Below, piece after piece: positions 56,906 through 64,000 of a stretch of DNA of 64,000 nucleotides. How positions within the stretch are numbered: the first letter of the stretch is position 1; each line of letters opens with the position of its first letter. The notes beneath the pieces are model-generated. The model was not told the origin of the DNA. It worked only from the letters and a program-made list of their open reading frames with translations, and did not search any database. The stretch comes from a virus (Duplodnaviria; Caudoviricetes). Where the stretch lies: positions 1 to 64,000 of IMG/VR virus record IMGVR_UViG_2974628631_000001; one strand, given 5' to 3'. The translations under genes and the position numbers were made by a program.

Positions 56906-57396
56906 TGGTTTGGGTTGGAATTACCGGCCATCGACCGGAACGACTTGAAGACCACGAGGATGCTGTAAAGGAGCTTATCTCTGAAGCGCTACAGCATTAT
57001 GGAGCGACGAGACTTTTTCAGGGCATGGCTGCTGGAGTTGACCTGTGGTCTGCCAAGGAGGCTTGGAAGCTCAAGATTCCTTACACGGCTTGCAAGCCCT
57101 GGGCTGGTCATTTACCACGAGTTGGTGATATGATTGAGTACACGAAGGTAATTAAGCACGCAGACCAGATTGTTGACGTGTCTCCTCATTTTGAATATCC
57201 GGGACCATGGGTTTATGGAAAGAGAAATGAGTTCATCGTGGATAGTGCAAGAGCCATGATTGCAGTTTGGGATGGGCAACCTTATGGTGGAACTTATCAC
57301 TGCATTTCCTATGCTTGGAGTAAGTCTATCCCAGTCTTGAGAATTGACCCAGAGGAGCGAGAAATTGGGTATGTCTCGGAAGAAGTACCATTCTAA
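56905..57396 (+). CDS. SLOG-superfamily (YspA/DprA-like) protein
   Basis: ITGHRP, GMAAGVD.W, RNEFIVD, AVWDG...GGT. Confidence 0.82.
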   Translation: MVWVGITGHRPERLEDHEDAVKELISEALQHYGATRLFQGMAAGVDLWSAKEAWKLKIPYTACKPWAGHLPRVGDMIEYTKVIKHADQIVDVSPHFEYPGPWVYGKRNEFIVDSARAMIAVWDGQPYGGTYHCISYAWSKSIPVLRIDPEEREIGYVSEEVPF

Positions 57397-57523
57397 GAAA
57401 TGGCTTCATAAAAGGTATATTCTAGAAGATAAAACAGTAGAACAAATTGCAGCAGAATGCGATGTTTCTAAAATGACAATCTCTAGATATCTAGAAGTAT
57501 TTAAGATTACCAAGAGAAGGTAA
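57371..57523 (+). CDS. Small HTH protein (50 aa)
   Basis: WLHKRY...TVEQIAAECDVSKMTISRYL. Confidence 0.75.
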   Translation: MSRKKYHSKKWLHKRYILEDKTVEQIAAECDVSKMTISRYLEVFKITKRR

Positions 57524-58147
57524 ATGAAATATACAATCTTTAATGTAACTAGCGAAAGGCAACATTATATTGATATGATGTTGCCCAAGCTATCGACATG
57601 GGAACGAGCACAGACCTATGTCGTAGATGCCAGAATTCCAGAAGAATTCGAAAAGGCTAGAAAGAGGTTCCCTTATCAAATCAAGTTCGACGCAAAAATT
57701 GGACACATGGGAATCTGGTACTCTGTGCTCACAGCGCTTGAAAACGCACCCATCGTAACCTTTGAGGATGACGCTTTGCTACACGATAAATTCATCAGAG
57801 AATTTGATGCGAGAGTAGCCGAACTTCCTGAAGACTTTGACTTCTTTTCGCTATTCGTTCCAAGGGATAGCGACCATATGTATGCCAGTGAAAAATCGGC
57901 GGGTTGGTACATTACGCGTACCTACCAAAGATATGGTGGAGTATCAATGTACTATTCAAAGCAGGGTGCGGAGAAGATTAAGGCTTTGCTAGAACGAGAT
58001 GACATTACCGGACAGTACGATGACACTCTGTATGAATACTCAAAGACTGGCGAATTGAACGGATACTGCTCAAAGCCATCGATGCAAGACCTTGTGTTCA
58101 TCACTGGTAGTGAGAACAGTTCAGTACAGGATACAGATTATCTATGA
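57524..58147 (+). CDS. Glycosyltransferase, GT25-like
   Basis: IFN....R, FEDDA, LPEDFD, Y.S.QGA.K, D. Confidence 0.75.
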   Translation: MKYTIFNVTSERQHYIDMMLPKLSTWERAQTYVVDARIPEEFEKARKRFPYQIKFDAKIGHMGIWYSVLTALENAPIVTFEDDALLHDKFIREFDARVAELPEDFDFFSLFVPRDSDHMYASEKSAGWYITRTYQRYGGVSMYYSKQGAEKIKALLERDDITGQYDDTLYEYSKTGELNGYCSKPSMQDLVFITGSENSSVQDTDYL

Positions 58148-58794
58148 GAATGCTAATTATTGTGCCTACAAGAGGTAGGCCAGACAATGCCGCAAGATTG
58201 TGGAAGGCTTTTATTGACACAGACACACAGGCTGATGTAGTCTTCTGTGCAGACAATGATGACCCATCCCTAGAAGACTATGACGCACTCGACATCCCAC
58301 TTTGGGTTGGCCCCAGAAAGCGTCTTGTCGGAACTTTGAACGATGTATCGTCTCACTTTGTCAATGACTTTGATATTATCGGCTTCCTTGGTGACGATAC
58401 ATTGCCCAAAGAAAAGAACTGGGACCAACAAATCATTGACAGTTACCAGAAGAACATGGTAGCCTATGGAAACGATGGCCATCAGGGCGAGGGTTTGCCA
58501 ACCGGAGTATTTTTGGACAGCCGCATCGTGAAAAACTTGGGCTATATGGTGCCCCCGACATTTATCCACCTGTTCGCAGACAATTACTGGAAGGCACTTG
58601 GTGAGGCTCTAGGTACTTTGACGTACCTCCCCGACCTTGACATTGAGCATCTACACCCGTATGCTGGCAAGGCTACTCATGACAGAACGTATGAGGAAGC
58701 AAATTCCGGGGCGGTTTGGGTAAATGATGAACTTGCCTTTCATAATTATGTGGATAACCAACTAGCCGTTGATGTGGAGAAGTTGAATGCCTAA
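58144..58794 (+). CDS. Glycosyltransferase, GT-A fold (GT2-like)
   Basis: IIVPTRGRP, DNDD, FLGDD, HLFADN, IEHLHP. Confidence 0.8.
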   Translation: MRMLIIVPTRGRPDNAARLWKAFIDTDTQADVVFCADNDDPSLEDYDALDIPLWVGPRKRLVGTLNDVSSHFVNDFDIIGFLGDDTLPKEKNWDQQIIDSYQKNMVAYGNDGHQGEGLPTGVFLDSRIVKNLGYMVPPTFIHLFADNYWKALGEALGTLTYLPDLDIEHLHPYAGKATHDRTYEEANSGAVWVNDELAFHNYVDNQLAVDVEKLNA

Positions 58795-59248
58795 CGTATA
58801 TACTGGAGGAACATTTGACCTTTTCCATGAAGGGCATGTAGAGCTGCTGAGGTCTTGCAAGCGCCTAGCTGGTGATGGTAAGGTGGTGGTTGCGCTCAAT
58901 ACAGATGAGTTCATCGGACGATTCAAGAACAACCTTCCCGTGCAGACTTTTCGTGAGCGTAAGACTGTGCTAGAATCATGTCGATACGTAGACCTAGTCA
59001 TTCCTAATGTTGGTGAAGAGGATTCTAAAGTGACCATCATTGAGGCTTGCAGTGTCCTTCATAAAATGGGGGAAAGCCTCATTGAGGTAATCGCTATTGG
59101 TTCAGATTGGGCCGGTAGAGATTACTATGGCCAAATGGGGTTCACCAAAGAATGGCTTGATGAAAATGATTTGATTCTGGTGTACATTGACAGAAGGACT
59201 GGAATGTCCACCACAAAGATTAAGGATAAGTTGAAGAATGGTTCCTGA
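58787..59248 (+). CDS. Cytidylyltransferase (TagD/RfaE-II-like)
   Basis: GGTFDLFHEGH, NTDEF, CRYVD, GSDW, R..GMSTT. Confidence 0.9.
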   Translation: MPNVYTGGTFDLFHEGHVELLRSCKRLAGDGKVVVALNTDEFIGRFKNNLPVQTFRERKTVLESCRYVDLVIPNVGEEDSKVTIIEACSVLHKMGESLIEVIAIGSDWAGRDYYGQMGFTKEWLDENDLILVYIDRRTGMSTTKIKDKLKNGS

Positions 59249-59411
59249 AGACGGTAAATATCGTGGAATTGATATTCCCGGAATGGTAAAACTCCACTGG
59301 GAATCCAAGCCGGGACGTTGGTGGAGAAAGGGCGTGGATAGCGTTCTTGATGGTGATATGTACAATGAACTTGCTGAGACAGCTTGGATGTACAAGGAGT
59401 TGGAGAAATGA
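59238..59411 (+). CDS. Hypothetical protein (57 aa)
   Basis: Read manually; overlaps both neighbours. Confidence 0.55.
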   Translation: MVPEDGKYRGIDIPGMVKLHWESKPGRWWRKGVDSVLDGDMYNELAETAWMYKELEK

Positions 59412-59899
59412 AGAAGTTTGTATTTGTTGACACTGAGACTACGGGCCTTGATTCTACGAAGGATAAGTTGGTAGAGGTCACGTATGCTGTAGAAAACGAT
59501 GAGCCTCTAACGCTTTTCTTTGGTGTCAAGAAGGTCCCTGCCTTTATCGATGACCTGACTAAGTTTTCTGCCCGGCGGGTATATGATGAGCCTGCGGCAA
59601 CAGAAGAGCAGCTAGATGAATTTAGGGAAACCCTTCGTAATCAGACTATGGTTGCAGCCAACCCCAAGTTTGATGTGGGCTTCCTTGAAGCGAATGGTCT
59701 GTATACCGCTCACTACAGGACGCTTGATGTTCAGTCTTATGCCATGGCTAAGCTGAATCTCAGTTTCCTTCCAAGCATGAACGAAATTCACTTTGCTCTT
59801 CGGGCTCGTGGATTTTCATTCACTGAGCCTGACCACTCGTCACGCAATGATGTACTGTTCATGCGTGAGGCATTCAATGTATTGAGGTATCAAATTTAA
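59408..59899 (+). CDS. DnaQ-like (DEDDh) 3'-5' exonuclease
   Basis: VDTETTGLD, NPKFD, H...ND. Confidence 0.85.
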   Translation: MKKFVFVDTETTGLDSTKDKLVEVTYAVENDEPLTLFFGVKKVPAFIDDLTKFSARRVYDEPAATEEQLDEFRETLRNQTMVAANPKFDVGFLEANGLYTAHYRTLDVQSYAMAKLNLSFLPSMNEIHFALRARGFSFTEPDHSSRNDVLFMREAFNVLRYQI

Positions 59900-60450
59900 T
59901 GATTATCGGCTTGGCAGGATATGCTAGGTCAGGTAAGGATTCGGCAGCCGATGCTCTTCAGAGTGTCGGCTTTCGCCGTATTGCCTTCGCTGACAAGTTG
60001 AGAGAATTTGTGTATGCTCTCAATCCAGAGGTTGACGGTGGTCCGATGGGGGTGTATCCTCTCAAGGAAATCATCGACCAGTATGGATGGGGAGAATACA
60101 AGAACACGTATTGGGGAGATAGTATTCGAGAACAGCTACAGTTCATTGGAACTGATTGTGTTCGAAACATTCTAGGTCCAGATACATGGGTGAACGCCAC
60201 TTTTAATGCAATTGACTTCACACAGGATTACGTCATCACAGATGTACGCTTTCCCAATGAGGCTGAAGGCATTCGAGAAAAGGGCGGGCTGGTTTACAGG
60301 GTTCTCCGTGAAGGAGTGGGTCCAGCTAACGGACACTATTCAGAAGTAGCCCTTGATGATTTCCCATTTGATGATGTCATTTTGAACTATGGCACTCTTA
60401 CTGAGTTCCATGAGAACGTAAGGAGTCGTTTCGTTGAGGGTAGGAATTGA
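59899..60450 (+). CDS. Deoxynucleoside monophosphate kinase
   Basis: GYARSGKD, FAD.L, R..LQ..GT, DVRFPNE, H.SE. Confidence 0.88.
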   Translation: MIIGLAGYARSGKDSAADALQSVGFRRIAFADKLREFVYALNPEVDGGPMGVYPLKEIIDQYGWGEYKNTYWGDSIREQLQFIGTDCVRNILGPDTWVNATFNAIDFTQDYVITDVRFPNEAEGIREKGGLVYRVLREGVGPANGHYSEVALDDFPFDDVILNYGTLTEFHENVRSRFVEGRN

Positions 60451-61003
60451 CCTTGATGGTGTCTGCTATAACTTTGCAGACTCTTTCATTCATTACATTA
60501 CCGGAATTGACCATAAGTACAACATCCCTAAGTATGATGGTGAGGTTGACAAGTGGCACTTTTACCGAGACTGGGGAATGACTGACGAAGAGTTTGTTAA
60601 GCACTGTCACAATGGTGCAGACGACATGATTATCTTTCGTCAGGGAGGTCAGCGGGATAATGCTGCGGAGGCTATCGATTTTATGAGGGCGTTCGGCAAC
60701 ACTATTCACATCGTGACTGACCGTTCTTTCGGCACAACCCCTGAGTCATCTGAGGACAATACTCGTTGGTGGCTTTTCAGCCATGGAATCCACTATGATA
60801 CACTTACGTTCTCAGCGGATAAGACTTCCGTAGAAACCGATGTATTCATTGAGGACAAGTTGGAGAACTACGATGCACTTGTTGCGGCGGGTGTGGACTG
60901 CTATCTTGTAGACAGGCCATGGAATCAGGATGACACAAAGTATCGTAAGCGAGTTCGCAGTATTCAGCAATTCGCTACTCTAGTCGGCTGTATGTCCATT
61001 TGA
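60434..61003 (+). CDS. HAD-family 5'(3')-deoxyribonucleotidase
   Basis: IDLDGV, IVTDR, K...D.FIED, RPWN. Confidence 0.85.
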   Translation: MRVGIDLDGVCYNFADSFIHYITGIDHKYNIPKYDGEVDKWHFYRDWGMTDEEFVKHCHNGADDMIIFRQGGQRDNAAEAIDFMRAFGNTIHIVTDRSFGTTPESSEDNTRWWLFSHGIHYDTLTFSADKTSVETDVFIEDKLENYDALVAAGVDCYLVDRPWNQDDTKYRKRVRSIQQFATLVGCMSI

Positions 61004-61046
61004 CTTTTTCAGTCAACCAGAATACAATTGACCTAGAAAGGAAATT

Positions 61047-61223
61047 ATGCCAATTTATACATACTGGTGTCAGTGCTGTGACAACGACCAAGAAAGATTG
61101 ATTCCTATCGCACAACGTGATGAGCAGAAGTGCGATGAATGCGGTAATCGACTTATCCGAGCAATTGATAGGCCCGGAGCAGTCTGGGCACCGACTAGCA
61201 CAGGTGGAGGTATGAAGGTATAA
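61047..61223 (+). CDS. FmdB-like zinc-ribbon protein
   Basis: MPIYTYWCQCC...KCDECG; SD GAAAGGA. Confidence 0.75.
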   Translation: MPIYTYWCQCCDNDQERLIPIAQRDEQKCDECGNRLIRAIDRPGAVWAPTSTGGGMKV

Positions 61224-61534
61224 TGGCACCTAGAGGCAAAGCGGCTGCCAATCCAGATGCATGGTGGCAGCAGGCATACCAGAATCACCCCGATATTGAG
61301 GCTTCTTTTGAGTATGACCTCAACGGGGATACAATGGTTCCTGGTACGAAGTTCAAGGTAAAATATCATAGAGGTGAATTTAAGTTTCGCTGTATGGCAA
61401 CCAACGTCCGAACCGGTAAGGTTTGGATTGACTGCATCGAAGTTGGTTCTGCATTCAGGTCTTTCTACCCCGAATCACTGAAGGGTGTTGTAAAGCCTAA
61501 GCGTCGCCGTAGGCGAACTATTAAGAAGACGTGA
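61223..61534 (+). CDS. Hypothetical protein
   Basis: 103 aa, basic C-terminus. Confidence 0.7.
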   Translation: MAPRGKAAANPDAWWQQAYQNHPDIEASFEYDLNGDTMVPGTKFKVKYHRGEFKFRCMATNVRTGKVWIDCIEVGSAFRSFYPESLKGVVKPKRRRRRTIKKT

Positions 61535-61749
61535 GACGTTTTAACCTAGTAAGAAACGAAGATGAGTCCGGTGTCTCTGGCACCGGAAACGTCGCACAGG
61601 GAGTCCAGTTTGATGATGGAACCTGTACGATGAGATGGCTTACCGAGACTGCATCAACGGCGGTTTACGATAGCATCGGTGACCTTGAGAAGATTCATGG
61701 TCACGGCGGTAAGACTGTGATTGACTGGATTGACACTGTAAATGGCTAA
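61531..61749 (+). CDS. Conserved actinophage hypothetical protein
   Basis: D.SGVSGTG.VAQG..F.DG, IHGHGG.T. Confidence 0.75.
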   Translation: MRRFNLVRNEDESGVSGTGNVAQGVQFDDGTCTMRWLTETASTAVYDSIGDLEKIHGHGGKTVIDWIDTVNG

Positions 61750-62284
61750 AGAAATCGAACTACTCGACAGATACGAGCAAATTAATGCCGTAGCCCAGAT
61801 GTATATCAAGGGCACCACGAACCCAACTACTATTGCTAAGGAGTTGGGTATTAAGCGTGCAGAAGCACTTGACCTCATTGAAGAGTGGCGTGATATCGCC
61901 AAGAGTAATGATGACATTCGTGAGCAGGCTTCGGAGGCTTTGCAGGCGGGTATTCAACACTATTCAATGATTGTAGAACGTTTCTGGGAAACTGTTGAGC
62001 AGGCCGATACTGCTGCCGATTACAAGACAAAGAATTCTGTTCTGAAGAACATCGCTGATGTTGAGGCCAAGAAGATTGATATGCTTCAAAAGGCCGGGTT
62101 GTATGATGATGCGTCCCTTGGTGATGAACTAGCAGAAATGGAAGAAAAGCAGGCTATCCTTGTAGGTATCCTGAAGGAAGTCACAAGCAATTGTGACCAC
62201 TGTAAGTTTGAAGTCGCTCGTCGCCTTGCAAAGGTAACGGGCAAGACTGAGCCAGTAACTATTGCTGGGGAGGTAAGCGAATAA
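61742..62284 (+). CDS. HTH protein, probable terminase small subunit
   Basis: TTIAKELGI; helical; immediately upstream of the large terminase. Confidence 0.6.
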   Translation: MAKEIELLDRYEQINAVAQMYIKGTTNPTTIAKELGIKRAEALDLIEEWRDIAKSNDDIREQASEALQAGIQHYSMIVERFWETVEQADTAADYKTKNSVLKNIADVEAKKIDMLQKAGLYDDASLGDELAEMEEKQAILVGILKEVTSNCDHCKFEVARRLAKVTGKTEPVTIAGEVSE

Positions 62285-62323
62285 AACCCTGCCGCGAAAG
62301 CGGTGGGGCTATTCGTGTTTCTC

Positions 62324-64000
62324 ATGAATCTAGACTTTAACGACCTACTGAATATGCTCGATGGAGAGGACTTTGAAGAGCGTCCTGTCTCCATCGAAGA
62401 ATTCGTACAGTCGGAAGACTATTTGAACCTTCCTACACTGTCCGAGAATCAGTACAAGCTTATCAAGGCAAGCAGCCAGATTTACAAGAAGACAACACTA
62501 GTTGCTCTTTATGGTGAGCTGGAGGCAGAAAAGCGCTTTGCAGAAACAATGAACGAGGTTATCTTCCAGCTTGGAAAGGGTTCTGGTAAGGGATACACAT
62601 CCTCTATTGCCTGTGCCTACATCGTTTATCTGCTCATGTGTCTAAAGGACCCGGCCAAATATTATGGCAAGCCACCTGGTGACCACATCGCTATTCTGAA
62701 CATTGCTATTAACGCCGCACAGGCTCAGAACGTCTTCTTCAAGTACTTCAAGCAGCGCATTACCTCAAGCCCATGGTTTGCAGGTAAGTACACCGAGAAG
62801 GCTGGAGAATTCCAGTTCGACAAGAATGTATTTGTTTACTCAGGTCACTCAGAGCGTGAGGCTTGGGAGGGTTACAATGTAATCTTCGTTATCCTTGACG
62901 AGATTTCCGGTTTCGCTCTGGATTCAACTTCAGGTAATGAGCAGGCAAAGACAGCTTCGGCAGTTTACAAGATGTACAAGCAGTCTGTCACTTCTCGATT
63001 CCCTGAATTCGGTAAGGTAGTTCTCCTGTCGTTCCCACGATTCAAGAACGACTTTATCCAGCAGCGCTATGCAGATGTTATTGCTGAGAAGGAAACAATT
63101 ACACGCACATACCGTTTCAAGGTAAACCCGGACCTTCCTGAGAATACGGAAGGAAATGAATTCGATATCGAGTGGGAAGAAGACCACATCATTTCCTATC
63201 GGATTCCTAAGGTGTTTGCTCTCAAGCGGCCAACATGGGAAATCAATCCTCTCATCAAGCTTGACGACCTGATGGCAGCGTTCTACGATGACCCCATCGA
63301 CTCGCTGTCTCGTTTCGCCTGTATGCCACCTGACGCCATTGACGCGTTCTTCAAGGACCGTGCCAAGATTGAGTCAGCCTTTTCCTCACAGTCCTCTCTA
63401 AAGGAGGACAACAGCTTCCGCCCGGACTTTATTCCGAACCCTGAGAAAAGGTACTACGTCCACGTGGACCTTGCCCGAGTGCACGACCATGCGGCGGTTG
63501 CTCTGGCTCACGTGGAAAAGTGGGAGCAGAGAAATATCGGCGGTAACTTGACAGAGCCAGCACCCGTAGTTATCGTGGACCAGGTTCGTTATTGGACCCC
63601 TAGCAAGACAAAGAACGTAGACTTTACAGAGATTCGTGAATATATCCTGAGCCTCAAGAGGCGCGGGTTCAATATTCGTCTCGTCACGTTTGACCGCTGG
63701 GAGTCTGCTGACACCATGCAGTACCTCAACGACCGTGGACTCAGGGCAGAGCGTCTGTCTGTGGCAAAGAAGCACTATGAAGACTTTGCCATGGTTATTG
63801 CCGAGCAGAGAGTTGTAGGTCCAAAGATTGAGCTATTGATTGAAGAGCTTTTGCAGCTTCGTATCATGAATAACGACAAGGTAGACCACCCTAGAAAGGG
63901 AAGTAAGGACTTGTCCGATGCGGTTTGTGGGGCTATCTTCAACGCAATTGCACATACTCCACGAAACCTTGATGAAACAATTGAAGTCAAGACATTGGAG
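62324..64000 (+). CDS. Terminase large subunit (runs off the window end)
   Basis: Not in the ORF track; GKGSGK, VILDEISGF, YVHVDLA, DHPRKGSKDLSDA. Confidence 0.9.
   Translation, partial: MNLDFNDLLNMLDGEDFEERPVSIEEFVQSEDYLNLPTLSENQYKLIKASSQIYKKTTLVALYGELEAEKRFAETMNEVIFQLGKGSGKGYTSSIACAYIVYLLMCLKDPAKYYGKPPGDHIAILNIAINAAQAQNVFFKYFKQRITSSPWFAGKYTEKAGEFQFDKNVFVYSGHSEREAWEGYNVIFVILDEISGFALDSTSGNEQAKTASAVYKMYKQSVTSRFPEFGKVVLLSFPRFKNDFIQQRYADVIAEKETITRTYRFKVNPDLPENTEGNEFDIEWEEDHIISYRIPKVFALKRPTWEINPLIKLDDLMAAFYDDPIDSLSRFACMPPDAIDAFFKDRAKIESAFSSQSSLKEDNSFRPDFIPNPEKRYYVHVDLARVHDHAAVALAHVEKWEQRNIGGNLTEPAPVVIVDQVRYWTPSKTKNVDFTEIREYILSLKRRGFNIRLVTFDRWESADTMQYLNDRGLRAERLSVAKKHYEDFAMVIAEQRVVGPKIELLIEELLQLRIMNNDKVDHPRKGSKDLSDAVCGAIFNAIAHTPRNLDETIEVKTLE

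Noticed and set aside
7774-64000. Inteins or introns in RNR, DnaB, DnaE, RecA or terminase
   Set aside because: Lengths are normal, motifs are contiguous, and no C/S...HN splice signatures were seen
1-64000. Integrase/repressor, stop-codon recoding or diversity-generating retroelement
   Set aside because: No integrase or reverse transcriptase seen; genes read intact in code 11 with all three stops used

Overview
This window is about 64 kb of a large lytic siphovirus-type phage genome, probably its left part. By eye it is roughly 47% GC and densely coding. An actinobacterial host, most likely Streptomyces, is inferred from the amidase-LysM endolysin, Rpf-like transglycosylase, leaderless sigma70/HrdB-type promoters and scarce TTA codons; gene order resembles the large tRNA-carrying Streptomyces phages (BE/BK-like). 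This is inference, and no database was searched. Layout: 1-~800 is a compositionally distinct end region. 0.9-5.5 kb holds leftward genes (C5 DNA methyltransferase, ThyX, small ORFs, three tRNA-Thr plus a degenerate tRNA-Ile, a secreted Rpf-like lytic transglycosylase). Everything after that runs rightward: two paralogous GT4 glycosyltransferases, class II RNR, endolysin, the virion module (LamG protein, portal, protease/scaffold, capsid, connectors, tail tube, chaperones, ~2100-aa tape measure, minor tails, 2013-aa FN3 fibre), holin, replication/recombination genes (DnaB, primase, SSB, DnaE, dUTPase, RecA, Cas4-like, RuvC), a GT25-GT2-cytidylyltransferase cassette, nucleotide-metabolism genes and the terminase (truncated). 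The most notable unexplained signals are a strongly strand-polarised GCGGGT motif, a recurrent hairpin+AAGCTT element, a promoter-and-terminator-bounded ~100-nt sRNA, four glycosyltransferases plus a cytidylyltransferase, Thr tRNAs with altered anticodon loops, a probable non-AUG start of the tape measure gene, and apparent absence of GATC. All counts and product calls are by eye from motifs.
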